From Lama guanicoe (Eukaryota), in assembly GCA_013239625.1 (NCBI GenBank), contig MU054129.1, positions 448,536-512,535 on the forward strand: a stretch of 64,000 nucleotides of DNA, given 5' to 3'. This document shows, piece after piece, positions 25,742 through 40,178 of this stretch. The notes below the pieces were generated by a model. That model ran no database searches. It saw only the letters and a list, made by a program, of their open reading frames with translations, and was not told the origin of the DNA. The position numbers and the translations under genes are program-made. Positions within the stretch are counted from its first letter, which is position 1, and each line of letters starts with the position of its first letter.

Positions 25742-27176
25742 CTAAAAAGATAACTCTGTTACTGATTTTTAAGTCACCTTATCATTAAGTCACATTAATA
25801 ACATATAACTCCAACACATGGACTTTGAGAACTATCCCCACAGACATCAGTTCACCTTCTTTTCCTCATAGGTACACATTCCTGTTTACTGAATTTCGTT
25901 AAAGACACAGAAGGCGTGACCCTCCTGCCTTACTGAGAGTAAGTTAACTAAGACAATGGATGCTGCTCCACCAGCCATACCCTGCCCCTCCCAGGAAATG
26001 GCCAAGCTTTACCCCCACTGAAGTCTCAAAACAGAAATGGGTGTGTAGGTGGGATGGGTGGCGGTAAGTTCCACACTGTGGAACATTCTCCCTCTTTCTC
26101 CTTAGAGGCTTAAGTTCAGAGTTCTTCACATATTCAATCTGGTGTTTAAATCCTTCCAATAGACTCCCATCTCACAGTAGAAACGAGATTATTCCAATAG
26201 CCTTTGGGGACCCGAGACAACCTGGCCTCCCCTGCCCCCTGGACTGCAGCTCCTACAGCTCCCCCCACCCCCCCCACTCACTCCCTTCCTGCCACTCAGG
26301 ACTCTGCCTGCTCCTCCTCAGTCTGAAAATGGGACCCCAGTGCCAAACTCGTACATCACAGAGCGCTCCAGTTCCTCTGTACTGGACAAACTTAGATCCA
26401 AGTGACAGTAACTGAGCCTTGAAGTGAGAATTGTGAGCACATTATTTGAAAAAATACTCAAAGTAAATTATAAATAGAACAGGGGAGACTAAGTCAAACA
26501 CAGTTTTGCTAAAATTTATGAATTGTCCCAAATTATGACTGAATGAAAAGTAGATGCCTTTAAGGAGTGGAGAGGTCATAACAATACATGATTTGAGATG
26601 GAAATATTTCTAAATTTAATTCCAATTGACATGAATAAAAACAGAATTACATCAACTAAAAATATATGAAAAGCTACTAACGAAAAGTACAAGATACAGC
26701 ATTTACACATCAGTTCATCGGGGAAATCTGGATTGGACTGTCAAGGTAATCCACACAATTGAATCTTTTTTTTCTTCTTTTACTTTTTTTGTTCACACAA
26801 CTGAATCTTAATTTCAAAACACTCATTTTAGGTCTGAGCATTTCATTTATCTGCTTCGTCACGATACTAAAATGTGGTGACAGAAAGATTAAAATGATTT
26901 GGGCACTATAAGACCTGCCTGTATCTGTCAACAACTTATAGCTTAATCTCTTAAAATTGCAGGTGACACGGCATCTTTACTCAAAGTGAAGCACCTCTCA
27001 GGTCCAACTTTTGTTTGCTGGAAACAAGATATGCTTTTAGGCTGCTTTACAGTCTATATATTTACAGCCCACACATTTTTCATGTTCCACTAGTTTCAAC
27101 CTTTAGCTTTCATCAGATACTACTTTGAACTTTCTTTGAGGAAGTCTGAAAGTTAGTTCCCTTTCTGGGTACTTAC

Positions 27177-27689
27177 TTCCATTTCTGCTCTGTCAGTTTC
27201 ATACTGATACAGTCTGTCTTTTACATGTAGGCATTCATCGATTAACTCCTTGTTTCCTTCCTCCAGCATCAGAACTCGTCTGCTCATGGCCTCAAGTTTT
27301 CCCACGTGATCCTGAAACGGCTCTGGGATATTAAGTATTGTCTTTTTACTTTTGGCCTCATTTTGAGCAACATCCAGTTGCTGTAGGAGCAACATGTTTT
27401 CAGTTTGTAGTTCGAATACTCTCTCCTCCAAGAATGCCTGGTTTCCAATGTATTTGTTGACTTCCTCTTGTTTGCTCTGAGACAAGGGTTCAGTTTCCTT
27501 GTTTGAACGCTGGGCTTGGCCTCGGTCTCTACGCACACATTCTACTACCAATGTCGTTGGTCTAAGAGCATCTCTCCTGGGATGGAGCTCAATTTCTTGG
27601 CCACGGAATTGACTTTCAGCTTCAAGAAGTTGCTGACGAAGCACCTCGCTGTTATCTTTTGGGTCAGACAGCTCAAAATCCATTGTGTC
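27177..27689 (-). CDS. 5'-truncated large coiled-coil exon; 513 nt from inferred cryptic acceptor
   Basis: Homology starts abruptly at QRVRDE (~27722); in-frame tttcacttacag|DTMDF...LQTENMLLLQQLD...RAEME|gtaagt; start coordinate inferred. Confidence 0.7.
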
Positions 27690-29135
27690 CTGTAAGTGAA
27701 ACCCCTCATCTCTTACTCTTTGAACTGTACACAATAAACTGACATATCATAATTTCCTTTGAAGTGAAAGACTAATCTCTCTTATACAACAAAAGGTTTG
27801 CAATAACTGGGTATCCAACTGGAAAAACTTAAGGTGGATACAAATCTCAAACTTTAAACAAGCAGAAATCCCCCAAAGTTCAAACATTTAATGTAAAGAC
27901 AGTGAGTCCATGAAAGTAAAAAAGAAACCACTAAAGGATGTTTAACAAGCTTAGAACTGGGAAGGCCTTTCTTTCTCTGAAATACAACAAACCCAAAAGG
28001 CTTAAATCAAAATATGAATAACTCTGACTACACTTAAAAATTATATTTGATATCTAACCTTTACAGCTACCCCCAAAGTAAAAGCCTTAGCTCTGTATAT
28101 ATCTGGACAGATTAAATTTCCTAAAAAATTTTTTCCTGAGAATATTCCATAAATATTCTCCCTTTCTAACATTTTTAGAGCGAGTCATAAGAATTACATC
28201 TATGGATAAGTGATAAATCTAAGCACTGTACTAATAAGCACGTCTACAAACATCAGTTAACTCAGTTAGTTGTAACAATTCTGGAATAAAGGGTTAAAAA
28301 CACACGCAAGCTGCAGGGTTTTCCCCAGGGCTTCTGACTCTCTGACTCTTACACCAAACCAACACTACTTCTCTAGGACAAATAAATAAACACAAGAGAA
28401 GCCTTCTATTTCCCTAATGGCGAATACACTAAATGTAAAGAAGGTCAAATTTACAGAGCTCTTCTTAGAAAATCAGGGGACTATTTGCTTCTGCAATAAT
28501 TTTCATTTCTTCTTCATGGTGTTTATAACAGCAATGGATGTGACATAGCAGGGAAATACAGTGAACTGTTTTATTAAAAATAAAATACTGACCAATAAAT
28601 CATCACTAAGTATAGATTATGCCATATCTATCACTATATTCAAGAGCTCCTTGTACTGAAATCGGATGCCACATGAAGCAGAACGTTACTTTTTATCACA
28701 CGTAGGAGAATGACACCCAAACCTCGGTTTCTGAACTGGCTAGCCTTTTTCCTCCTTACCATCAGTGGAAATGATAAAGTAACCTCTCCATTTGTCTATC
28801 AAAGGAGTGAGATCACTGCCAGAAACTAGAATGCCTGCCATTAGTAGTAACAGTTTTGAGATGATGGAAAGTTAATCAATTCTTAGGGAAAATATGAACA
28901 GCCTCTCCTTGGATGAGGCCATTGTGAATGTCACTACGTCACTGTTGCCGGCAAGTGGATTTGAATTCAAAATATTGTTTCATTCAATGGACCAGAAGTG
29001 AAACCCCCAGAAAATATATTTACATATATAGGCTTTTAAAACCCTCTATACTTTCTGTACCTACAGTATTGGTTTTTACACTATGTAAATATACAAACTC
29101 ACACACACACGTTTAAAAATGACTAAAGAAAATAC

Positions 29136-29270
29136 CTCAGCATTCATTTTATTAGCCTTTTCTGCCTCCTTTTGTTGAGAAAGATGCTGGGCCGAGATTT
29201 CATCTTGTATTACTCTGGCATTCTGCTCTCGAGAAAGTTGTCTCTGAGCATCATTTCGCTCTTCTAACAC
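29136..29270 (-). CDS. ANKRD26-like coiled-coil exon, 135 nt
   Basis: ccag|VLEERNDAQRQLSREQNARVIQDEI...KMNAE|gtattt. Confidence 0.93.
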
Positions 29271-29479
29271 CTGGAGATATATTTCATTAGGTTTTGGGTT
29301 TTATACCATGAAAAAAATCAAAAAAGCTTAGGAATTTTAAAACTGTTAAAAACAAGTAGCCTTTTCAAGCACAGGGATCTTTAATGCACATACATAACTC
29401 AAACTCTAATATATATGACAGCTAAACTTATCACAGAGCAAAAACACAAGGGATGTAGTATCGTGAAAGAAAAAGTTTT

Positions 29480-29705
29480 TTTAACACTATATAAATTGAG
29501 TTATAGTCATTTTACAATGCTGTGTCAAATTCCAGTGCAGAGCACAATTTTTCAGTTGTACATGAACATATATATATTCATTGTGACTTTTTTTTGTTGT
29601 GAGCGACCACAAGAGCTTGCATATATTTCCCTGGGCTATACAGTATAGTCTTGTTTATCTGTTCTGCATATGCCTGTCAGTATCTACAAATTTTGAAATC
29701 CCAGT
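29480..29705 (-). mobile_element. L1 3' end fragment
   Basis: ttgagttatagtcattttacaatgctgtgtcaaattccagtgcagagcacaa; reverse of the 35.5-kb L1 tail. Confidence 0.8.
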
Positions 29706-30099
29706 GAAAAAAAATTTCTTTGTAAGGCATTTAACCAGTTCCATCACAGTCTCAAGGCAATTTAGCCTGGATTTAAACTTCAAAAAGCCAAAATTAACAC
29801 ATGGACTTGAATTAAGACTTGTTACTTTGTTGAATGGACCAAAACCGTCAATCCTTATGATAATGATTAAGCTCAAATTAACTTCCATTCCTTCATTCAG
29901 AAAAGACACAGAGCATCCTTTAGATGCCAAGAACACCAAGAAATTAGCAAGTTAAGCTCTAAATGTCATAGTTCATATTTAGGACGAGATAACTTTTATT
30001 TGTTTTAAATGAAAATATAGATTAATTCAAAACAAGATAATAAGTAATATTGATGAAACAGTGATAGAGATATGAAATTTTCACCTAAGACTAACTTAC

Positions 30100-30283
30100 C
30101 TGATTTGGTTTATTCCTTATGCTCTTCAGTTTGCATTCTAGTGCTCGGGCAGTGCTTTCAAGTTGTTGGTTCGCGGAAACTTGCTCATCGTATTCTTTCT
30201 CTTTTCTTTTTAAATCATCTTTAGTTTTACCATATAATATATAAGCATTTTTCTTCTTCTTTGTTTCTTGTTTTGATGTGAAT
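30100..30283 (-). CDS. ANKRD26-like coiled-coil exon, 184 nt
   Basis: gcag|FTSKQETKKKKNAYILY...QQLE...RNKPNQ|gtaagt. Confidence 0.92.
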
Positions 30284-31425
30284 CTGCAGTGAAAAATGCT
30301 TACCTTAAAATTTATTCTGTTAGAAAATACAAAGTTCATTTTATGATCTGGTTCCTCACATGCTGACTTATTACCCTAATGGAATTTCTATGTTCTCAAT
30401 TTTTTTTCATATCTAAGTCTCACATTTTAAATTCCTCACTTCAGTCTCTTCATAAAGAGAGATCTCTATATATGTATTTGAAAAGTAGCAATGAAAAGAC
30501 ATAATGCTACTGAGTTTCAGTCAAGAGTAACTCTGGTGAATAGTGTAGGAAAGAAATTTTGCAATTATTCAGTAAGGTATGAATTGAAAATTACCCTTTT
30601 TTCCCCACATAGTCACAAATTACTCCATTAGGACAGAGAATTTAGTTACTAGTTAAAAGAGAAGTTGCTATTTAGAAACAAATTTATAAGTTCATGAGAG
30701 ACAAAATTTCAACTTCATGAGCTATTACAGGGACTCCTACATGATCTCCAGCGAAAGGTAACATCCGCGGAAGTCTTTTCCAGAACACAGATCCGCTAAT
30801 TAGCATAATCCAAGGCGAGGCTGGGGAGTCTACTAGCTGATGCCCTACACTTTATGTTTCTTCTTTTGCAACACTTTGAACTTACCTTGTTGAATATTAC
30901 TTATGTAGTAAATCATTTTTAAATCCCTTTTGGTACAAGGCAGGATCCATAGTAAGTAAGAAATAAAGAGTAATCCGTGCTTTCAGCATAGACCTTTGAA
31001 CTGATCTTATCTCTGCATGAGAGAGATGCTGAAGAAACTAACCAGTAATCACTTTCCATTTTACTTTTTAGTCCATCCATTCATATGTTAAGAATCAAAC
31101 TGCATGAATTTTTTTTAAAGTTTCTGCCTTGAGAAAAATGGTCACTTCATAATTCTGCAAGTGGGAATGTAAAGTAATATAAACTTTCTGGAGGACAATT
31201 GAGAGATAAGGATCAAAGGTCTTTTTTTAAAGAAACATAGAATGAGGAGATATATATAGCTGTGTTATTTCCAACAGTCTCATATTCCACAATATTAATG
31301 AAATTTTCTCCCCTGTAAAATCCCAAAAGGTAAGTTAGCAATTGTAAGACTTCTCCTACATACCTACAGTATTAAAGTAAATATAAGGAGTTCAAATACT
31401 TCTTTAAAATCAAGAAATTCAGTAC

Positions 31426-31636
31426 CTCATGCTGCAGAGCTCTTGTTCCCACTTCACATTTTGAAGTTTTAACTGTGATTCTGCTTCTCTTGTTTTCAAC
31501 AGCTCTGTCTGTAGCCAGTTCACCTTATTTTCCTTTTTTTTAATTTCTCCTCGAAGTAGTGCACAGTCAGATTCTTTCAGTTCTATTGATCTGAATGAAT
31601 GAACTGGATCCTCAATTTTCAATAACCTATCAGAAT
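31426..31636 (-). CDS. ANKRD26-like coiled-coil exon, 211 nt
   Basis: gcag|DSDRLLKIED...KWEQELCSM|gtactg. Confidence 0.92.
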
Positions 31637-31789
31637 CTGCATTAGGAAGAAAACAAAAATAGAAACAAAATATATGAATAATTTTTGTGTATAAAGGACT
31701 GTGCATTTTCACATTCACTCATCCACACATTGAACAAATGGATATTGAGCATCTATGACGTGGAAAACATTCTTCTAAGCTCTTCAGAT

Positions 31790-33330
31790 ATTAAAAGAAT
31801 GACAAAGTAATATTATGAACATTATGCAAGTAAACTTGACAATTCAGATGAAGTGGGTAAAATTCCTTGAAAGAGAGAAATTACAAAAGCTCAATTAAGA
31901 AAGAACAAATAAGCTAAAAAGCCCTATATCTTAAAAACCAAAACAAAAGTCCTATTTAAAGACCTTACGACAAAGAAAATTCCAGTCCCAATGGTTACAC
32001 TGCTGAATTCTACCAAATGTTTTACGAAAATTTATACCAATTCCACACAAATTCTCCTCGAAAAACGAAGAGGAAGAACTATGTCCTCATTCTATAAAAC
32101 CAACATTACCCTGAATCCAAAACCAGACAAAGGTACTACAAGAAAGAAAACTAATGTTATGAAAATGGAAGTAAAAATTCTAAACAAAACATTAGCAAAT
32201 TAAATCCAACAATACAGGATAATTCATCATGGCCAAGTGAGGTGTATTCCAAGAATGCAGGGCTGTGTTAACACGTAAAAATCAATGTTATTCATCATAT
32301 TAACTAAAAAAGAAACCATATGATCGTGTCAGCGGATAAAAAGAGGCACTTGCCAAACCTCAACATCTATTCCTGATAAAAACTTCCAGCAAACTAGGAA
32401 CCAAGGGAACGTCTTCACTATGACAAAGGTCCGTGCTAACCCTACAGCTAACACCATACGCAATGGTGAAAAACGGAACGCTTTTCCCAGAAGGTGAGGA
32501 ACCGGACAGGAATGGCTTCTCTTACTCCTTCTATTCAGCACTGTACTGGAGCCAGTGCAATCAGGCAAAATAAAGGACCAAAAGACATCTAGATGGGAAA
32601 TGAAGAGGTAAAACTGTCTGCTAATCAGCGCGGAATATGATTACATGGTGCGAGTCAGCTAACTCCAACCTGTGGGCTGGGTTGCTTGCTTTGGTAAATA
32701 AAGTGTTACTGAAATACAGCCACGCCCACTAACTTGTGCACTGTCTATGGCTACTCTTGTTGCAACAGTGACAGAGCTGATTAGCTGTGACAGAGAATGT
32801 ATTTATTGGCTGCAAGTCTTAAATGTGAACTATCTTTAGTAAGACAGTAGTTTAAAGAAGAAAAATCTTGACCACCTTTGGTTACATAGAAAATCTGAGA
32901 GAATCCATAAAAAGGCTACTAGAACTAATAAATGTGTTCAGCCAGCTTGGAGGGCACAGAGTCAGTATACAGAAGTCAGCTATATTTCTATCATCAGAAA
33001 CTAAAATTTAAAATATAGTATTTTGAAACAAATAGACAAATAAATAAAAACACACTATTTACAACTGCACTGAAAAATAAGAAATACAGGTAAACATAAA
33101 AGATGGAAAGACCCAGACACTAAAAACTCTTAAAATATTACTGAGAAAATCAAGGGAGACCTATATAAATGGAGAAATGAACTTTGTTTGGGGTTAAAAA
33201 TTCCATTTTGTTAAAAAGTCAATCCTCCCCAAATTAATCTCCAGATTCAACATAATCTACATCTCATTTCCAGGACATTAGCAGCTTTTTTTTTACATTG
33301 ACAAGATGATTCTAAAATTCATGTGGAAAG
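31790..33330 (+). mobile_element. Degenerate L1M ORF2 fragments with MER58-like insertion (~32650-32830)
   Basis: gaattctaccaaatg, ccaaaaccagacaaag, tcaatcctccccaaattaatct motifs. Confidence 0.8.
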
Positions 33331-33788
33331 AAGAGTAATAAAAGGAAACAAAATGAAGCCAGAGGACTGTGGCCTTTAACCATGGAGCTACGAGAAGCAG
33401 GAGCTGGATTTTAGGCAAGGAGGTAACAAAGACCTGAATTTTAAAAACTATCTAGTAATCATGCTTGTGGTGTAGACCAAGGTTCCAGGAGGTGGAACGG
33501 CGGAGAAGAAAGTCCTGAGGTGATTTCAGCGTTCTAGGAGGGAAGTAGTGATACCTTGACCTTGGGTGAAGGCGTAGGAGCAGCAGAGTCAACAGAAAGC
33601 ACAGGGGGTGGGAACGGTCACAGCCCCTGGCTGGCAGCGCACAACACGTCTGCTTCTGCTTTAACACAGAGCACGTTTCTGAGACGCAGCGGACTGTAAC
33701 ATATCCGTGCTCCCTGGGGCAGTACTAGGTGTGCACAGGTTACCGCCAGATAACTTAAAAAGGCTGTGTAGTCATACGGGGGTCCTAC

Positions 33789-33930
33789 CTTTACTCTCCG
33801 GGCCAATTTGTTCGATTAGCCTCAGGGTATTCTTACAGTTAGGGTAAAGCGACTTGGGATCCTCAGAAGCTGTTTCCGGTGCCAGAGTTAAGTCATGGAG
33901 GTCATCCACAGAATTAAGCCGCTCTTTGAC
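33789..33930 (-). CDS. ANKRD26-like exon, 142 nt
   Basis: gtag|VKERLNSVDDLHDLTLAPETASED...LIEQIGPESK|gtagga. Confidence 0.9.
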
Positions 33931-34206
33931 CTACAAATAAATAATGCTATTTCACACTGTCTCCAACATAGTTATAAAATATGCTCAGTGTACCGAGGTG
34001 ATAAATATCCATCTTTTTAAGCGAGCAAAAAAAAAAAAAAGACACTTCTCGAAAGAACTGATTTTTGTCAAAAGGCTAACTTTGTCAATAATGTTTCTAA
34101 ATTATTTTTAAGTAAACGTCTCTACAACAAAGGAGGATTTTCTGTTTTCCCACTCATAAATTTTTCTTACTAAGTAAATATTTTTATGATTAATATTTAA
34201 CTATAC

Positions 34207-34240
34207 CTTGTCCTTTTTAGTAGACATTTTCTTTGAAGAC
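34207..34240 (-). CDS. ANKRD26-like micro-exon, 34 nt
   Basis: tcag|RSSKKMSTKKDK|gtatag. Confidence 0.85.
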
Positions 34241-34956
34241 CTGAAAAAAGAAACAAGCAATTCATTTAAGCCAAATACTAAATACTGAAGATACAAGACG
34301 TATATAAACCTATTAGTTTTTATATAAAATCTTTGCGTTGATAATTAATTTTCAATAAAACGGAGTAAACAAAAAATGGAAACAGTAACATTAAAGGACA
34401 AAGAAAGCATATCAATTATATTATTAACAAAGTATTAAATTTAAATCAAGCAGACAAGGAAAGGAAAAGGAAGAACATAAAATTACTTGTATTATTTGAT
34501 AGGAAAAAATGTACCAGGATTTTCTTGTTGTCTTTTTCAATAAAAACTAGCTTTTATGGCAATAAAACCTATTTGGAATGTATTACTTAAGTCCTTATAT
34601 GAAAGAAACCCTTTTCTCATAACCATGACATCAGCTTTTTTGAGAACTTAGTGTGCAACTGCTGTGCATTACCAGCACTTTACATGTCTTAAAGACATTT
34701 TAATCCTCACAACAATCCTGGGAGGTAGGTAATACATCAGGTACTTTACCCAGGAAGAAAATGAGGCACAGAAAGGATAAGTCATTTGTCGAAGCCTCTA
34801 TGTCTGCCCAGAATTCCAACCCAGGCAATCTGGCTTCAATACTTGCATTTCACAGTACGCTAAGAAAATAATATTTATTTTTAAGTATTTTTAACTAATG
34901 TAGTAAATGAATCTCTATTATTATTCTATGTCTAGGTATAATTATAAGTAATAATT

Positions 34957-35584
34957 TCTGGGGCGTATGTCCAGAAGGAACCCTACTTCAAAATGACACC
35001 TGCATCCCAATGTTCATAGCAGCACTATTTACAATAGCCAAGACATGGAAACAGCCTAAATGTCCATCAACAGATGACTGTATAAAGAAGAGGTGGTAGG
35101 TGTATTTATACAATGGAATACTATTCAGCCATAAAAACTGACAACATAACGCCATTTGCAGCAACATGGATGCTCCTGGAGAATGCCATTCTAAGTGAAG
35201 TAAGCCACAAAGAGAAAGAAAAAACCATATGAGATCACTCATATGTGGAATCTAAAAAACAAAAACAAAAACGAAAACAAAAAAACAAAGCATAAATACA
35301 AAACAGAAACAGACTTATAGACATAGAATACAAACTTGTGGTTGCCAAGGGGGAGGAGGGTGGGAAGAGACAGACTGGGATTTCAAAATGTAGAATAGAT
35401 AAACAAGAAGATCATACTATACAGCACAGGGAAATATATGTAAGATCTTACGGTAGCTCACAGCAAAAAAAAAATATGACAATGAATATATGTATGTTCA
35501 TGTATAACTGAAAAATTGTGCTCTACACTGGAACTTGACACAACATTGCGAAACGACTATGACTCAATAAAAAAAAAGTTAAAA
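34957..35584 (+). mobile_element. Young 5'-truncated L1 (ORF2 C-terminus + 3'UTR + A tail)
   Basis: atgttcatagcagcactatttacaatagccaagacatggaaacagcctaaatgtcc...caataaaaaaaa. Confidence 0.9.
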
Positions 35585-36633
35585 TAATAATACTTTTTGA
35601 ATCTTAACACCTGTTTTTTAAAAATAAAAAGACTTTAGACCTAGGCAATACTGGAAATCTACTTTTAATAAAGATTTGCTTTCGCTAAAGACATTAATCA
35701 GCGGGCATTCATTATCCATTCAGCTGTTTGTTCATGCATTTCATAGGTCCTTATGGAGCATGATGGCTTTTTTAATTTAGAACTTAGTAATCCAAAAGTA
35801 ATCATCTGTGATAGATTGTTAATAGCTTATTATTCTATTGTATATAAACAAAATCTTCCCCTTCTTCCTAGAATCTAAACAAATATTAAGTTAATGTAAT
35901 CTGGTATTTTGCAATAGCATACAAAACCATAGCCACTGGTGATGATACTTTCAAGGACACTATAAAATCTAGACTCATCAAGGAATGATTAAACCCTATT
36001 CAGTATGGCCTAAGTGTTTGTATAGTTATTATGAGTATACAATTTTTAAAAAACCTATGGACAATGGTGTAACTTTAAAGTCATTATCTGCATATTCAAT
36101 TGTGTAAGAATATTACGCTTCAGAACTAATGAATAAGCCCTTACAACAATACCATACATGAATAGTTTACTACAATATTTTAAAGATAACATACTACAAT
36201 CAATACACTTTTTAATATCAGAAATCCAAACAAAGTTAAATTGAAAAACACGTCTTCTATGGAATCGCATCCAACAGCATAGAGACATCCTCTACAAACT
36301 ATCATCTCATCATTAAACAAAGAAAGGGAACCCCCACGAGCCCCACGTTTCCCATCAGTTATCACCCAGTCCTCTCCTGCCTCCCCAGGGAATGTCCTCT
36401 GAGGGGCTGTTCACACTGATTCACTGCAGCCCGGCTTCCATGGGGACGTATTATTGAAACTACTTAAGGTCAAAGGCACTTGTCCTCATCTTAGCCTTTC
36501 GGCAGTGTTCCTCCAACACAGTTGAGAATTCTCTTGCCTTCGCCTTTGCACTATATGCTGCTGTTCTATTTCCAGAGAAGGTAATCACTGCTAATACGTC
36601 TTCAGCTAGAAATAAAGAATTTGTATGTTTTAC

Positions 36634-36801
36634 CTGCCACAACCTTGATCTCCTTCACTTAAACTGCTGTTGTCATTCACGTGTAGGAGACCACCAGCCA
36701 GTGAGGTGGTCTTTGCAAATACACGTGAAGTCGCAGATGCTTTTAATGTCCGTTTTCCACTTTCATTCTTCTTTACTCCCTTCATATGCAAGCCAGGACA
36801 G
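36634..36801 (-). CDS. ANKRD26-like exon, 168 nt
   Basis: gtag|CPGLHMKGVKKNE...SLAGGLLHVNDNSSLSEGDQGCG|gtaaaa. Confidence 0.85.
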
Positions 36802-37290
36802 CTACTTTAAAACAATCCATAAAAAAGCCAATTAAAAAAAAAAATTCTACTGATAAAAAAAAACAATTTTTGCAAAATTCCAACTCTTACCCATCTTCAA
36901 TCATTTATTAACTCACAAAGTGGTTAACAAGGGCCAACCATATGCAAGGAAACACAAATTCCTGCTTCAAAGACAGATATACAATTATGATACAACGTGA
37001 TATGCCAAGAGCTGACATACGAAAGTAAAGTGAGCATAAGGAAGGCTTTATGGAAGAGGGGAAATGGACAGGAAGTCATGAGCAAAAGAGACAGGAGGAA
37101 ATTATTCTACTTAAGAGATTAGGATGTGAGCACAAAGATTAGGCACATGGCATTTAGGTGTGTCCTAGGAACCTAGAAGGAAGAGTATCAAATATATGGA
37201 AGCAAGTAGAGAGATGAGTCTGGGAAGAAATTCTGAACAATATCTAGGAAAGTAATAATTACCTACTGCTGAACACTGATATAGGCTTAC

Positions 37291-37445
37291 CTATCAGAAT
37301 CTCCTTTCTGCAGAGCAGGAAACTGCTGGTCATCAGTTTTTCCCCTCTTCCTCTGCTGAGTTAATCCTTCATGATAACTGCCATCACATATGGTTTCTGA
37401 TCCTTTCAGTTCACCACTTTTGCTTCTGTTCTCTTCTACTTCAAC
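37291..37445 (-). CDS. ANKRD26-like exon, 155 nt
   Basis: gaag|VEVEENRSKS...GLTQQRKRGKTDDQQFPALQKGDSD|gtaagc. Confidence 0.9.
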
Positions 37446-39175
37446 CTTCAGGGAAAGTTTGATACGAAGGGTAATTATTACTTTATTCATTATAAAGACT
37501 TTGTTAATCATTCACTTTATCATTTGACTCAGAGTTTGCCCTGATTTCAATTGATTAAAATATTTTTGTGCTTATTTTAATTTTTATCATTTCAAGTCAT
37601 TGGAATGTTTGTAAATTCTGCTTCTTTCTGTTTGAGGAAAAGAAACAGAATTTCCAAAATTTCAAAAAGGACTTTCTGAATGCTGTGCTCTTACATCCAC
37701 TCTTCCCCATGTGAATGGCAGAGACAGAGAAAAAGAAAGACAAAGGCATAAAATTTGTCCTCTTCTGTCTTTACCACCAAGATTTTGTATTAAACAGCCA
37801 GATTTAGAAGATGTCACACCTTGGTGCTTCAGTAACAGAAAGGAAACATTCTTCTTGCTGTGCTAAAGCTATCCTTTCCCCCCTACTTTTTATAATTCTT
37901 GTTTCATTTGGATCCTGGGGTATCAAAAAAGTGGTGTTTAATAAAACATATAAACCCAAGTTTACCGAAAGGAGCAGAGTGAAACTGATGAATTGCCAGT
38001 TAGTGTGGAATTCTGCAGAAGGAATGCTGCTTCCCAATTTCACATTCAATAACCATGCCCATTTTGTAGCTAGACGGCATAGGAGTAATGAGTGATCTAC
38101 CTTAGCCCCACTGTTTACTGAAAACGGGAACACAACCAAGAAAGGTTAAATGATTTGTCCAAATTCCCTAAAGCAGTATTCCCCAGCATTTTACCTTGTC
38201 AAAAGAGATGATACAATTCTGTAACACTGAATCTAATAAGCTACCAAATAAATTCATCAAATTGATCAAGGTAAGTTAAAAGTGTGACTTTGGCAAAGTT
38301 GGGGGCAAGGCTCAACTCCTTCTTCTATTAAAGGAGAACATCTTCAGATTTCCATCTTTAAACACTCTTTGCACCTCACACAAAAGAACACACACATTTT
38401 AAAAATCTATTACTAGAACTAAAAAAAATCATCCAGTGCATCTCAAAACTCAAGTTTTCTCCTTTGGAGATAAATACTGAATTTTTTTTGCTGAGGGTTC
38501 ATACTACCTATATGATAGAATCACACATGTCAAAACTTACTACGTTTTATTAAATAATATAATGTAAGTGTCTGTCTCAACAGAAACACCCGGAAGTGGT
38601 GATTCAAGAGTATGTGCAAGCACGTGTATTCTTAAGAATATCTCAAAGTGGCCATGATGGAATTCTAAGTGTCCAGAGATCAGTAAAACAGAGAAGCCTG
38701 CACTCACTAACGCACAATACGCGCATCAGTTTAGTGAGAGCGTGTGCTTATATCCCTTCTCTCAGTCACTGTTTCCTTCCCATTCTATGGAAGTGCAACT
38801 TACATTTAAGCCAATAGATTAAAACAAAAAAAACCAAAACCCTTGAGCTTATTATATTTCCTAAGCTATTTCACTCGCGTTTATTCCGGCTCAGAAGGTC
38901 ACGTGGCACACAGCTGAATTACTTTCCCACTTCATACCAAAGACTGGCACAGAGACTTAGGTCGATTAAGGAACAAAACCCAGGAAAATACTTCCCTGAG
39001 TTCCTGTTATTTAGATGGCAGAAATAGTCTGTTTCTACACGATTGCATATTTAGATGACACCGTTTTATACATAGACTATTTTCGTAACTGGAAAATCAG
39101 ATCAAATATGGATCAGAATGGTAGAGATTATTGATAAAGAGGGAAAAAACAGAGTAGCAGCAAAGGAACCTCTAC

Positions 39176-40178
39176 CTCTTTTTGAAGCTGAATTTTCTTT
39201 TTCCAAAGCCAGGAATTCTACTTGTAACATGCCTACCTCATTGTTAAACCTTTGCATATCTTGGTGTAACTCTTTTAGGCATACTGTGGATGTTCTGTTA
39301 CCATTTGATGGAGAAGAACTCACGTTTCCTAATTCAGGGTCCATGATTTTAGAGTTACTAGCACCGCAGTTATCTGCAAGTAATGGCTTCTGGAGCTGGT
39401 CTTGCATTGGTTTCGTGTTCTTGTAAGTATTTGAAACAGCAGACATATCGTGACTTTTTATTTGAATCAGGTGTTTCATCTCACTGGAGCGGGCAAGCCA
39501 CCAACCAAAAAGGCTTTTTGGGTCACTTACCTGAGGTGCACGTCCAATGTCTGATTTCCAGTGAGTATTTTGGTTCCTTTTTTGTATTCTTTTTGTATCA
39601 AGTTCTTGGTCTTCATTCCCTGTAAATGGAACTCGGTTCCTTACTTCATTTTCTCTATTATAAAAACTCTCCTCATTTTTGTTAAAAACATGTTCAGTGC
39701 CTGGTTTGTCATGTTCATCTAACTTATTTTCATTTAAATAAAGTTTTGAAGATGACTGGCAACGATACTCTGTTGACTCAGACTTGGAATAAGATGGAAA
39801 AACATTTTCAAGACTGGGCTCTTTGTGTTCAGAGAATGCCTGGGATCCTACAGAGACAGAGGCTCCAGGTGCATCTTTTTCCTCACAATCAAATATATTA
39901 TCTGTCACACTGGGAGGTAGTTCCTTTAAGTCACCATGTAGTTCCGAGCTGTCATGTAGTGACTCCACCTTACGATGACAAGTAATTTTGCATTCTTCAT
40001 GGATTTTACTGATTTTCTGATTTGACTTCTTTGTGATAAATTCCGAATTATTTTTCCAGTCTAATTTGCCTTGTTTGACCCACATGTCCTCGTGCTTCTT
40101 CACACAAGAATGTTTTGAAGATACAGGTATGTCCTTTCTGTCATGTTCCTTATTCACTTCTGGTTCTCTAGGCGTTTT
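39176..40178 (-). pseudogene. Large CCDC144-type exon (~1 kb), apparently disabled
   Basis: KTPREPEVNK...QGKLDWKN...ELHQDMQRFNNEVGMLQVEFLALEKE; acceptor reads ctgcAA rather than ctgcAG; 1003 nt (not a multiple of 3) owing to an apparent 2-nt loss near 39192. Confidence 0.75.
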
